Below, piece after piece: positions 33,589 to 44,137 of a DNA stretch of 64,000 nucleotides. The notes beneath the pieces are model-generated. The model was not told the DNA's origin and did no database searches. It worked only from the letters and a program-made list of their open reading frames with translations. Numbering within the stretch: position 1 is the first letter of the stretch; each line of letters opens with the position of its first letter. The position numbers and the translations under genes were made by a program. The DNA lies in NCBI GenBank assembly GCA_965226885.1, contig CBDDEL010000014.1, positions 544,001-608,000 of the forward strand, in the 5' to 3' direction. The DNA comes from Opitutales bacterium (lineage in GTDB: Bacteria; Verrucomicrobiota; Verrucomicrobiia; Opitutales; UBA2987).

Positions 33589-34278
33589 TTATTGTTTTGT
33601 GCCACGGCGTCGAGCATCGCGCAAGCGGTAGCTTTGCCCGTTGGCTTCGAGGATATGCACCCGATGGGTGAGTCGGTCCAGCAGAGCTCCGGTGAGCCGT
33701 TCGGAACCGAGCACTTCGATCCAGTTCTCAAAGGGCAGGTTGGTGGTGACGATGAGACTGGTGCGCTCGTAAGCGCGGCTGACCACGTCGAAGAGCAGTT
33801 CGGAACCGGTCTTGGAAAAAGGGACGTAACCGAGTTCGTCGAGGATGAGTAGGTCGAGCCTTTCGAGTTGCTTCAGGATCCGCCGGCCCTGGGCACAGGC
33901 GGCAAAGCCCAGGGCGGTGGCCAGGTGCGTTTTACCGGTACCGGCGTTACCGAGGAGCAGCACGTTTTCGCGCTGGTCGACATACTCCCCGCGCATGAGC
34001 TCTCGGATGAGCGCTTCGTTGATCGAGGGCTGCGCTTCAAAGGCGAAGCTCTCGAGGGTCTTGAGCACGGGGAAACGGGCGTTTTTGATCCGCCGCTGGG
34101 CGGCCCGCTGTTCGCGTTCAATGAGCTCCCGTTCGACCAGATGCAACAAAAAGGCGGCGTAATCGAGCCGGTCCCGGGAACAAGCCGCGGCCACCGCCGG
34201 CCATTCGCGCAGGATGGTGGGCAACTTCAGTTTCTTGAGGTGATGGTGTAACAGCAGCTGGTTTTTTTCTTCCTTCAT
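33589..34278 (-). CDS. istB: IstB ATPase with apparent in-frame internal deletion
   Basis: Walker A GNAGTGKT and Walker B LLILDELG are unusually close (AQGRR|ILKQLE). Confidence 0.88.
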   Translation of the reverse strand: MKEEKNQLLLHHHLKKLKLPTILREWPAVAAACSRDRLDYAAFLLHLVERELIEREQRAAQRRIKNARFPVLKTLESFAFEAQPSINEALIRELMRGEYVDQRENVLLLGNAGTGKTHLATALGFAACAQGRRILKQLERLDLLILDELGYVPFSKTGSELLFDVVSRAYERTSLIVTTNLPFENWIEVLGSERLTGALLDRLTHRVHILEANGQSYRLRDARRRGTKQ

Positions 34279-35780
34279 AAAGCCCCTCCTGGAATCTTGA
34301 GCAGTTCGCTGTAGGCACCGAGGTCAGGGGCGGCCACACGGACGTGACGCAGGTGTGGATGGCCGTCCAGCCGGAAGGTTCTGCTCCCGTAGTCTTCCTG
34401 AGGATAGAGATACTGGGCGATGGCCTCACGAGTCAGTCCCCCCACCCGCAGGGCCGAGACGACGGCCTGCTGCAAGGCCGCCATGGGGTGTTTCTCCAAC
34501 AGCCGCAGCACCCGGATATACTCCCGGGTGCCTTCGCCCCCGCATTGGCTTTCGAGCCGGCGTCTGAGGACCTGCAGGCACTGCGGCAACTGCCAGCCCG
34601 AGAGTGGGCGGGCGAAGTCCAAAGCGCCCGGTTTTTTCTCCAGCAAAGCCAGGTAGTGCACCGGCTCGAAAGAGACTTGCTCTTTATCCCAAATGCGGCG
34701 GTGCCGGGCCACCTCTTGGCCCCCACAGAAGATCACCACCTGCCGACAGGACCCTTCCACCACCACCGGATGGTGGGCGCAGCGCACCGGCACCGAATAG
34801 TCGTTGCACTCGAAGCGCACCAGCGAGAGGCTGCTGACGCAGGTCGAGCGTTTGCGGCTCGCTTCAAAGGGTATGGGCGGCAACGCCAGCATGACGGCGC
34901 GCTCCTCGGCCAGCAGTTCCTTTTTCACCGCCCTTTTCCCGCGTAATTTACGCTCCATGTCCCGCTCACATGCCTCCAACAGCTTTGCGTTGAGTTCCTC
35001 CAGGTCCCGAACCTGCGGTACCGGTACCAGGAAGTTGGCCCGGGCATAACGCACGATCCCCTCGACCACGCCCTTCTCGTTGGGCCGGGCGGGCAGACAG
35101 AAGTGTTCCTCGAACAGGTAATGGCTCTGTAGCTGCAGAAACCCGTCGGTCAGCTTGCGTTCACGCGAACCGATAATCTTACCCACCGCCACCTTCGAGT
35201 TGTCATAGCTGATGCGCCGGGGCACCGCCCCGAAAAACTCAAAAGCTCGCAGGTGCCCCTCCCAGAAGCTCTCCGTGCACTCCCGTTCGAACACCTGCAC
35301 GAAAAAGGCATCGCTGTAGGGCAGGCTCATGGCAAAAAATGGCCGCCTACGCAATTGCCCCGCCTCCTTCACCAGGGCATGACCGAAGTCCACCTGTCCC
35401 TCCCCGGGGCGGTGCTCCAGCGGCACGAACACTTCCCGCCGCCTCGCTCGCAGCTCGGCCACCACCTCCTTGACCGCCGTGTAGCCCCCTTGGTAGCCCT
35501 TCTCCCGACCCAAACGCTGGTAGATCCGTTTGGCCGTATGGCGCTGCTTCTTGGGCACGTTCCGGTCCGCTTTGAGCACCTCCTCGATCCAGCCCACATA
35601 CGGATCGATCTTGCGCTCTCGCCTCTTCTTGCGCCGGTATCCCGGCGGCTGGGAATAGGCCAGCATCTTTCCCAGGGTCTCCCAGTGCAGTCCCTCTTCT
35701 CGCATTACAGAGCGCTTGCTCTGCTTGTCCCGCAGCACTTTGTGCCGCACTCTTGTCCATTGCTTCATATCTCGATACAC
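34275..35780 (-). CDS. istA: IstA transposase
   Basis: PG..QVDFG, GAVPRRISYDN, EKGVVE, NDYSVP. Confidence 0.95.
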   Translation of the reverse strand: MYRDMKQWTRVRHKVLRDKQSKRSVMREEGLHWETLGKMLAYSQPPGYRRKKRRERKIDPYVGWIEEVLKADRNVPKKQRHTAKRIYQRLGREKGYQGGYTAVKEVVAELRARRREVFVPLEHRPGEGQVDFGHALVKEAGQLRRRPFFAMSLPYSDAFFVQVFERECTESFWEGHLRAFEFFGAVPRRISYDNSKVAVGKIIGSRERKLTDGFLQLQSHYLFEEHFCLPARPNEKGVVEGIVRYARANFLVPVPQVRDLEELNAKLLEACERDMERKLRGKRAVKKELLAEERAVMLALPPIPFEASRKRSTCVSSLSLVRFECNDYSVPVRCAHHPVVVEGSCRQVVIFCGGQEVARHRRIWDKEQVSFEPVHYLALLEKKPGALDFARPLSGWQLPQCLQVLRRRLESQCGGEGTREYIRVLRLLEKHPMAALQQAVVSALRVGGLTREAIAQYLYPQEDYGSRTFRLDGHPHLRHVRVAAPDLGAYSELLKIPGGAL

Positions 35781-35854
35781 TCCTCCTTTCTAGGATAAGC
35801 GTACCGGTTTTAAAGCGCCCTCTTTACCGTACCGGTTTTTCCCCGGCGTTTACA

Positions 35855-36001
35855 AACAATACCCTGCGCCAACGACTGGGTCGTTTCACACGCAAAACCC
35901 TCTCCTTTTCCAAGCTTAAGAGTATGCATGAAACCTGTCTGAGACTTTTCATTCATCAATATAATCAAGAATTAGCCACCATTCCTACTTAATACACTAC
36001 C
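35855..36001 (+). mobile_element. IS1 type A right-end fragment
   Basis: Matches the last ~147 bp of the copy at 47421-48221. Confidence 0.9.
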
Positions 36002-37239
36002 CAATAATCGATGAATGCGGTCACTCCTCTATTCGAGCGTGTTATTTACGAATGGCTCGGAGTGTAGATACGCATGTTAAATCTTCGTCTCACATTCGAA
36101 TTTCAGTTAATCTAAAAACGGGTGAGCTTGATGCGTTGGGGTATTTGACTACTTGGCTTACTGTAGACAAGCATCCAGATACCGGTATTGCATTTGCAGG
36201 AAGAAGGATTCCTAATTTTGACAACTGCATTTCTACAGCTTTGGAGCTCTATAGATTGATTCCTTATGTGCGATGTGTCGGTTGGGATATGGTTGTTGAT
36301 AAGGATAATGAGGTCAAGGTTATGGAGTGGAATTCAGGTCATAACGACATAAAGTTTTCTGGGTTCTGGGTAGTGTTAACATGACGAATATTTGATATTG
36401 CTGTTGTATTCCCAGATGAACAAGCACAGGACGCGAAAATGCATGACCAAAGACTTCGAGAATGACAGCGTTTTACGCACATAGCGTGACAGGGACTGTC
36501 GCAAGGTATTGTTCCAGCGTTCGATATGGGCGGTTTGGCCGGATTGTTTCCCGCTGGCGCGCTGGCGCTGTTGTGAGGGAAAACCTTGTCGTAGCTTTCC
36601 CAGTAATCGCTTACGGTGGCACAGTCGCGATAGGGCTGGGCGATGTTGTGATACAACTGCCAGCACGTTTGATCGCTACGATCACCCAGAGAAAACCCGA
36701 CGACCTGTCGGGTACGTCGACACAAGGCTACCCATAGCCATACCTGCCCCGAACGCTTATCGCCCCAGAATGACCACACCTCGTCCAGTTCCAGCACATC
36801 ACTACACTGGCGGGCAAGCAGAGTGGACTCCAGCTTCGGCAAACTCAGGACTTTTTTTTAATCCATTCAATGACCGTCTTTGGGGCTACCCCGAAGGTAC
36901 GGTAAATGGCACGCAGGCTCATCCGGTTTTGGTGCGCACGGAGCACCTGCTTGACCAGCGCCGGAGGATGCTCACGACTTTTGGGGTGAAGCCGAAACTG
37001 ATAACCACACCCCTTGCATCGATACTTCTGAACCCCTTTCGGATCCTTGCCGTGCTTGATGATGTGATCGCTTCCGCATTGAGGACATTTTACTGTGATA
37101 TGGACCATTCCCAGTTCACAACATAATCACGCTAAAAAGTACAGCTTAAACATTCAAAATGCTAACACTACCGTTTTCTGAACAGACACAAGGTCCATGT
37201 TTCTCAGATTTAGGATGGGAGAAATTATGGCAGCAGTAG
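36002..37239 (+). pseudogene. C-terminal part of a sugar-transfer-associated ATP-grasp protein, split by IS1 type B
   Basis: HPDTG..F.G..IP.F, VGWDMVV, MEWN; frame resumes after the IS (FS|EQTQGPCF..WQQ*). Confidence 0.65.
36369..37172 (-). mobile_element. IS1-family element type B, insB frameshifted
   Basis: GGTAGTGTTA IRs; 8-bp target duplication GTTTTCTG; InsA 36845-37108; 8-bp duplication 36552-36567 breaks InsB. Confidence 0.92.
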
Positions 37240-37250
37240 AAGCTAACCTA

Positions 37251-39092
37251 GAGGCTGTCCCAAAAATATAAAGATTTTATAGTCAACTGGATGACGTTGA
37301 TAAAAAGAGCCGGAAAGAGCAAGTTTTTGCTCGATCCGGCCAAAAAAGGGTTCTATAATTGAGTTAGCGAAAATCAATATAGCCCTTTCTATGATAGCCC
37401 TTTCTATGAAAAACTATGAAAAATATAGCCATCCAATGCCTCCTGCGTCCAGCTTTAACTGTGGTCGACCGGTGCCTCGATTACGATAACTTCCGCGCCA
37501 CCATTGATCGAATCGATCGGCTGCTGATCGACTCGGAGGTGGAATCGCAGGCCATTGAGCTGGCCTTGGAGGGGTGGCCGCCAATGGGTCTAAAGGCCCG
37601 GCGGCAGCGGGCCAGTTTTGCCATCAAGGCACTGCGCATGGATACGCTGGGCCGTCTGCTCGGAGGGATTTCGTTTCGGCATTTGTCGCGGGCTCTGGGC
37701 AGCAGCGATCTGTTGGCCGACTTTTGCCGTGTCCGGCAGATCGATGGCATCAGGGGCATCTCCAAAAGCACCCTGGAGCGGGCCTCGAAGTTTTTCAGCG
37801 AAGAGCAGTTGAGGGCCTTGCACCGGACCTTGACTGAGGTGGTGGGCGATGCCCTTCTGGCCCGGCAGGTGGGATTGGACAAGCCGATTGACACCACCAT
37901 TTGCCTGATCGACGGCACCTGTTTGGAGGCTAACATTCATTGGCCGACGGACTGGGTATTACTCAAGGATGTAGCCGGCACGTTGCTCAAAGCGATCCGG
38001 CTGATCCGCGAGAAGGCCGGTTTGCGCCATCGCATGCCGATCGAACCGGAGCCCTTGGCTCGGCAGATGAATCGGCTGTGCATACAGATGACCCACAGCC
38101 GGCGGCGAAAGGACAGCGCGCGGCAGCGCAAGGGTATCTTGAGGCAGATGAAAAAGCTGCTCAAACGGCTCGGGGAGCATGCCCGCAGTCACCGGGAATT
38201 ATTGCAAGCCTGCTGGGAGCAAAGCGATTACAGCGAAAAACAGGTCCAACAGATCCTCGCCCGGATGGAGCGCATGAGCGAGCAAATCCCGGTGGTCATC
38301 AAACAGGCGCACGAGCGGATCATTGGCGGCCGCCAGGTGAAAAACGCAGAGAAAGTCTTGAGTGTTTACGAACTCGATGGGCAGGTGATTGTGCGAGGTA
38401 AAGCGGGCCAAGAGGTCGAGTTCGGCAACACCCTGTTTTTGGGAGAAAGCGTTGAAGGGTACCTGCTGGACTGGAAACTCTACGGCAGCCGAACTCCAAG
38501 CGAAAATGAACAAATGCAAGAGAGTTTGCAAAGACAGAACCGCTTCAACCTGGAAGAACCCATAGCGGCCATGTGCGCGGACCGGGGATTTGCCTCCCAG
38601 CGGGCCCGCCGGCAGTTAGCCCAGGAGGGAATCTACGACGCGCTCTGTCCACGCGATCCGAAGCAGTTGAAAAAACGGATGGAGGAACCACTGTTCAGAC
38701 AATTGCAAAAGCGCCGGGCCAGCACCGAAGGGCGGATCGGGGTATTGAAGAATCGCTGGCAGGCCGGGCGGTTGCGCAGCAAAGGCTTTGCCAACCGCTC
38801 GATCAGCGTAGCCTGGTCGGTACTCTCGCACAACCTATGGAAAGTAGCCAAGATGCTGGCCCAGCAAGACGAACTAAAAACCAAAGCGGCGGCCTAGAGA
38901 GCGGAAAAGCAAGGACAATACTTTTTCACAGCCTTACTGTCGGCTCATACAAAGAAAACCAGGCAACCGGACCCCAAAACCAGTATCCTAACGTCATAGG
39001 AGAGCAAAGTTGATACTCTCCCAAATGCAAATACCTCTAAAATGAGCGCCTATCAAAAGCCCTCGCAAAAATCACCCTTTTGGGACAGCCTC
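37251..39092 (+). mobile_element. IS5/ISNCY-like DDE element; transposase 37416-38897
   Basis: IRs GAGGCTGTCCCAAAA; TAACCTA duplicated (ends ambiguous by 1-2 bp); motifs DGTCLEANIHWPTD, GKAGQEVEFG, ADRGF, R..TEGRIG. Confidence 0.88.
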
Positions 39093-39136
39093 TAACCTAG
39101 AAAGGTTCCAGCGATGTTGCTGCGGATCAAGGAAGT

Positions 39137-39196
39137 GCATAACAAAGCCTTGCACAAGACGCTCGTCCCATGCGCCGGTGAAGGCAAACGTTATCA
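39137..39196 (+). other. Integron attC-like site
   Basis: GCATAAC-AAA-GCCTT(G)CAC...GTGAAGGC-AAAC-GTTAT: R''/R' boxes plus paired arms with one extra base. Confidence 0.6.
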
Positions 39197-39326
39197 TCAC
39201 TCGACGACCTTACGCATTGACATTATAAAATGCCAAACCCCATTGCGAACTCATCATTTTCCGGGCAATCCTGGATAAAAATGTCCTCATTTCCTTGGAA
39301 TCAACAACTTTTGGGGCTATCTTGAA

Positions 39327-41183
39327 CTACCAGCGATAATTCGCGCTGAAGGAAATCTGACGCGGGCTGCCGGGAACAGCCGGTATTTCTTCGTAATCGC
39401 TATCGAAAAGGTTGTCTATGGAACCGATGACCTCAATTCCCTGAAAAAATGGAACTTTCCAGGAAATACTTAGATAGGAAATTACGGCCTTGCCTGAACT
39501 TCGTCGCAGGGAGTTGGGTTCTTGTATGCGAATTTCGTTGTCCGATCGAATTTCCCAATTGGTTAAAGGGCGCCAAACAGCGGCCATGGTAAAACGATGA
39601 CGGGGAAAATTTAGTGCGTAGAAGCTGGCATCGACTGTGGCAGAGCCATAATCCTCAGCTTTTCGCAGGAAAGTGTATCCCAAATTGAAGTCCACTTTCA
39701 GCCATCTTCGGGCATAATTCAATTCGAGCCCGAAGGTGTCAATGTCAACGTTATTAGCAGTTCTGGCAAATGAGTTTTCAAATGTAAAGGTCCAGTCGAG
39801 CAGGTCATTTTCGAGGCGGTACCAAACGGCAAAATGCCCGGACCATGTCTCTCGTTTAATATCGAAGCCAGCTTCTAAATTGGAACTGTTTTCTCGTGAG
39901 AGGCGCTGATTGCCCCGGAACAGGCCGCCATTGGGATTAGAGGCTATGGCAGTGTAACCGGCGACCTGACTGCTTTCTGAGTATTCGATATAAAAACGCT
40001 CTTGAGATTGTTTATTTTTGCGATTTATCAAATCCAGCCCAAGCAGTGGGGAACCGGTCGAACCGTCCCTATTGGTATAGTCGAGTGTTGCTCCCGCTTT
40101 GATGATCAATTCCCGGTTTTGGGCAAGATTGATTCGCTTTTCCGGGATTACTGCTATTTTGGCATAACTACGGGACTGAAAATTCCCGAATACCAGTGCC
40201 GTGGAATCAATTTCGTCGGCGGTGAATTGACCGCTGTAGTTTACATAAAATTGAGAAGCAGAAAAGGTATGCCGTCCTTCAAAACCAGCTGACAAGACCG
40301 TTGTCTCATGAAAGCCTTGAAATATTTCCGGTTGGAATCGATCGAAGGTATAGTGGTCCTTATGCCGCCTGTAGTAGCCGGTTATTTCAATAAAATCGCC
40401 CGATCCATAAATCCTGCGGTGGTTGAGCAAGAGCAGGCTTGTCTGCAGTTCTTCCCTTTCGTTACGGCCAAACGGAGTATACATATTGGGCCATCCAAAG
40501 TTTTTTGATTGATAACCGGCCAGGAAATCCGTCTGCGTATTCAGCGCTTGGATTTGCATCCTGCCAACGTAACGATTGAATTCGTGATCGCCATAAGGCA
40601 AAACGCCGTCGCTTTCTGAACGCGCCATATCGAAATCGAACCCAAACTTTCGCTCAGAATTACCTGGATGGTTAGCGATGGCCCCATAAATACCCTGCCG
40701 ATTGAGGCCACCTTCACCGACACCAAAGTTAAGCGCTCCATGAAATCCCTCCGCAATTGGAGTCAGGCCGTATCGAAGGGTTCCCACCGTGGAATTGAAA
40801 CCAGCCAGGGAGTTTTGGAGGCCAGTTATGATCTCCGGTTGGCTCGTCATGGCCGGACTGATGGGAATCTCCGCGGAGTAGTGGCCGGTCTGGGGATCGA
40901 ATAAAGTGGAAGCGCCCACCTTAAAAGAGGTGTTCTCGAATATACCACCCCGCAGAGAGACATCGCCCTGCGCTTCGGCAAGGTTTCTGCTTTGCAAATC
41001 GACTTTCGGTTGGAATCGCAAATTTGAAACCAATTGCGGATAAGTTCCAGCCGGCTCGAAGTTAGCCACACGTCTTTCCAGCACTGAAAACTCCGGGAGA
41101 TTTTGAAATTGCAAGTCAGTTGGCTCAGTATCTGCCAGCAATATCGAAGGAAGCATGCCGATTGCCATGAAGAGTTTTTTCAT
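39327..41183 (-). CDS. TonB-dependent outer membrane receptor
   Basis: Signal peptide, plug motif D.S.RGG.FE..D.QTGH, C-terminal NLFD..Y..PG.PR....NYRW. Confidence 0.9.
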   Translation of the reverse strand: MKKLFMAIGMLPSILLADTEPTDLQFQNLPEFSVLERRVANFEPAGTYPQLVSNLRFQPKVDLQSRNLAEAQGDVSLRGGIFENTSFKVGASTLFDPQTGHYSAEIPISPAMTSQPEIITGLQNSLAGFNSTVGTLRYGLTPIAEGFHGALNFGVGEGGLNRQGIYGAIANHPGNSERKFGFDFDMARSESDGVLPYGDHEFNRYVGRMQIQALNTQTDFLAGYQSKNFGWPNMYTPFGRNEREELQTSLLLLNHRRIYGSGDFIEITGYYRRHKDHYTFDRFQPEIFQGFHETTVLSAGFEGRHTFSASQFYVNYSGQFTADEIDSTALVFGNFQSRSYAKIAVIPEKRINLAQNRELIIKAGATLDYTNRDGSTGSPLLGLDLINRKNKQSQERFYIEYSESSQVAGYTAIASNPNGGLFRGNQRLSRENSSNLEAGFDIKRETWSGHFAVWYRLENDLLDWTFTFENSFARTANNVDIDTFGLELNYARRWLKVDFNLGYTFLRKAEDYGSATVDASFYALNFPRHRFTMAAVWRPLTNWEIRSDNEIRIQEPNSLRRSSGKAVISYLSISWKVPFFQGIEVIGSIDNLFDSDYEEIPAVPGSPRQISFSANYRW

Positions 41184-41647
41184 AGCCCCTACCCAATGGC
41201 TAGGAGCAACATTGAGTCAATTGTTAACTAAAAATATATTTTACTTAACAATCTTTAAATCTAAGCGATCGCCCGTCATCATTCCCATCCTTTACCTGTC
41301 CAGCATATCGCTTTCGCAATGGAGGTGCAATTGCAATGAGGTGCAATTGCAATCGTAGTTTATTGAGACTTTTCAGATAGATTTCAGAGAATTTTTTAAC
41401 ACCAGGAACAGACCAAATTGACTTTAGACAGTGGCATGATGGTGCGGTAATTCATGGATTTGATCGAGGTAGTCGTGAGATTATTCGCCATCCCGGGCAA
41501 GAGCAGGTAGATTGCCGTTGACCCAGAGCGTTAACCCCACAAAATACTGGGATTCAACAGGATTTAGCCGTTAATCCAGATGAGACTACTTACACCTTTT
41601 AGGATATAACGCTTTAAGTTATTGATGGTCAGTAAATAATCCAGCCG

Positions 41648-42607
41648 ATGAGCCTCATCAACGAAGCCCTCAAAAAAGCTCAGAAGGCGCACTCTGAAGG
41701 CATGGCGCCACCCCCTCCGATGGGACAAAGCCATGCCCCATCCCATTCCATGGGGAAAGGGCAATTGGTGAAAATCTTTTTTGTAGCGGTTATCGTTCTC
41801 GGGATTTTCGGCAGCGCGGTGGCTTTTTTGGTCTTGGGTCTGATCGGCGATAAAGAGCAAGAGCCTGCCGGCGCCCAAGCCTCCATCGCTTCCGCGTCCG
41901 CCGTTGCGCCCCCTGCGCCGGACCGGCCTGCGTCAACTCAGGACGTTATCCCCGTCAACGTACCAAAACCGGCACAACCCCTGCCTGTGCCTAAAACAAA
42001 ATCAGCGCCGACCCCCCTCAATACAATAGCGCAATCTGCGCCTCCACCGCCCAAAGCCCCCGAGCCTGTGCCCGTACAACCCCAGCCAAAGGAAATTCCA
42101 AAAGCCCGGTTAAAGGGATTCGCGCTTGTCAGGCAAACCGTGGCCAAGGGTAGTGCCAATGCTGACATCGTCGACAGCGTGGTTGAAAGCGCAGCCAAAG
42201 CGCCTCCGCCCGTCGCGCCCAAACCGGCTCCGGCCGCCGCCGTTCCGCAGACTCCCCCAGCCCCGGCCCAGATTTCCCCTACCCCGATACCTCAACCGAC
42301 TATCGTCACCCCCAGGCCGGTTGCGCAAACCCAGCCCCGGCCTCCGCCGGTTGCCAGGCCGCAGCCATCCGCCCCCCCGGCAGCTCCCGCCCAAAATCCA
42401 GTCGTTCTGGAATTCATCGAAAAAATGGTGATTCAAGGAGTTCGACTTTCGGGAACCGGAACCAACAGCAAGGTTCTTATGGACAACAAGGTTTATAGGC
42501 TTAATTCTTTTGTAAACCATGACTTGAAATTAAGAATAATTTCGGTTAACAAAGAACGAATAATTTTTGTTGATTATGCCGGAGTCCAATACGCCAAATT
42601 CTACTGA
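41648..42607 (+). CDS. GspB/ExeB-like Pro-rich bitopic membrane protein
   Basis: MSLINEALKKAQ N-terminus, one TM segment, Pro-rich linker, small beta C-domain. Confidence 0.55.
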   Translation: MSLINEALKKAQKAHSEGMAPPPPMGQSHAPSHSMGKGQLVKIFFVAVIVLGIFGSAVAFLVLGLIGDKEQEPAGAQASIASASAVAPPAPDRPASTQDVIPVNVPKPAQPLPVPKTKSAPTPLNTIAQSAPPPPKAPEPVPVQPQPKEIPKARLKGFALVRQTVAKGSANADIVDSVVESAAKAPPPVAPKPAPAAAVPQTPPAPAQISPTPIPQPTIVTPRPVAQTQPRPPPVARPQPSAPPAAPAQNPVVLEFIEKMVIQGVRLSGTGTNSKVLMDNKVYRLNSFVNHDLKLRIISVNKERIIFVDYAGVQYAKFY

Positions 42608-44069
42608 TGGTCCTGGAGACGAGGGATCTCAAAATCCCCAAAGCCCTCCCAAGCTTCGATTTTCCCTCCGAAAACCGGCTAAAGCCTCTGGGGATCAGGT
42701 TCCTGAGGAAAAACCCCCTCCTCCTGCAGAACCGGAAAAAGCGGAAGAGCCGAAACAGGAAACTCCGGCATCGGAATCCGTAGGCGGTGGAAAGCTGAAA
42801 CTTTCATTGGGCCCCAAAAAAGTAGAGCCGGAGCCACCCAAGGAGAAAGAAGAAAAAAGCGAAGAAGAGGCTCTGGCCGCCGATCCATTCGATATTAAAC
42901 CAAAACCCGTCGAGGGCGGCCCTTCGATTAAACTGGGAATCAAACCCAAAGCGCCAGCCGCTGAGGAAAAACCACCACCGGCCGCAACAACACCGGCCAC
43001 GCCACCACCGGCCAGAAAGAAAAAGAAATCCGGTATTACCATCAGAGGGCGCTCAACACAGCCTTTTGCAGAGAAAGACTCGCCAGGGATCGAAATAAAT
43101 GAACCCTCGGCCCCGGTTGCGGATGATCCGGTTACCGAAAGTGAATCTTCTCCGCCAGTTGTAGAGGCTCCTCCGCCAGCAAGCAAAGCGCCACCACCAC
43201 CCGGAAAAAAGAAACCGGTCCCGGCACCGCCTCCACCTGGAAAAAAGAAAGCCGTCCCGGCCCCTCCCCCCAAAGGCAAAGTAAAACTTTCCAAACCACC
43301 TGAACCAGAGGGGAAAAAAGAAAAGGCTCCCCCGTCGCCATCGGGTAAAAAGGTAAAAGCAGAGGCCAAAGCCAAACCAAAAAAGGCTCCCAAGAAGCCG
43401 GGAGCCGCCAAGGCGTCACCGAAAAAAATGATTCTCGCCGTGCTTTTCATGGGCGGAATTTTTGTGGCCGCTGGTTATTTTGCCATTTCCGCCTTTATCG
43501 GAACTCCCGCCGAGCCGCCCCCCAGACCAGTTGCCGTCGCCCCTGCAGCCGGCACCCCAACATCTCCAACCCCACCACCACAACCTCAGCCAGAGACACA
43601 ACAATCGCAGGCCGAGATCAAGGCAGAGGCCGGAGCCGAGGCATCCGAAACGGAGATGGTCGAATTCTCTCTGCCCATGCCACAACCGTCCATAGTGGAG
43701 GAAGCAGATATTGCTGAGGCTGCATCAAAAGCTCCCATATTTCAATTTGCTGTCCAGGAAACGGCAGAAGATTCTGAACCGCTGGTGATGGAAACCGAAT
43801 CAGAAACAGAATCCGTATCCGAACCGGAGATTTATCAGCCTCCCCCGCCGGAACAGGACCCGAACGTCATCGCGCTAGTGGAAAGCCTGGTTTTCAAAGG
43901 CGCCAGAGGGGACGGCAGCACAGCCAGAATAATGGTCGGCAATTACTTATACAACGTGGGAGATATTGTCGATGAAGACCTTGGCGTGCGCTTTACGGGC
44001 ATTAACAATTCCAATCGCCAAATCATCTTTACGGACAGTGAAGGGGCCACCTATTACAAACCATTTTAA
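42576..44069 (+). CDS. Pro/Lys-rich membrane protein with a C-domain similar to the preceding gene
   Basis: Low-complexity N-region, TM segment near residue 290, C-terminal QDP.V...G...IIF.D..G..Y.K.F. Confidence 0.6.
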   Translation: MPESNTPNSTDGPGDEGSQNPQSPPKLRFSLRKPAKASGDQVPEEKPPPPAEPEKAEEPKQETPASESVGGGKLKLSLGPKKVEPEPPKEKEEKSEEEALAADPFDIKPKPVEGGPSIKLGIKPKAPAAEEKPPPAATTPATPPPARKKKKSGITIRGRSTQPFAEKDSPGIEINEPSAPVADDPVTESESSPPVVEAPPPASKAPPPPGKKKPVPAPPPPGKKKAVPAPPPKGKVKLSKPPEPEGKKEKAPPSPSGKKVKAEAKAKPKKAPKKPGAAKASPKKMILAVLFMGGIFVAAGYFAISAFIGTPAEPPPRPVAVAPAAGTPTSPTPPPQPQPETQQSQAEIKAEAGAEASETEMVEFSLPMPQPSIVEEADIAEAASKAPIFQFAVQETAEDSEPLVMETESETESVSEPEIYQPPPPEQDPNVIALVESLVFKGARGDGSTARIMVGNYLYNVGDIVDEDLGVRFTGINNSNRQIIFTDSEGATYYKPF

Positions 44070-44137
44070 ACAGTATTCACCGTTTAGTTTGTAACATTCC
44101 TCCTATCCTGGCAGGAATTTTTATAAAATCCCTGAAA

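Larger units (their letters stand above)
33509..35854 (-). mobile_element. IS21-family element; right end lost to IS1380
   Basis: Left end TGTAAACGCC.. with repeated AAAACCGGTA boxes; inserted into an IS1 copy. Confidence 0.9.

Noticed and set aside
41200..41640. Cobalamin riboswitch upstream of the TonB receptor
   Set aside because: No B12-box or other consensus visible; the region looks like decayed coding sequence.
43190..43280. Repeated APPPPGKKK units
   Set aside because: Degenerate low-complexity coding repeats, not perfect duplications.
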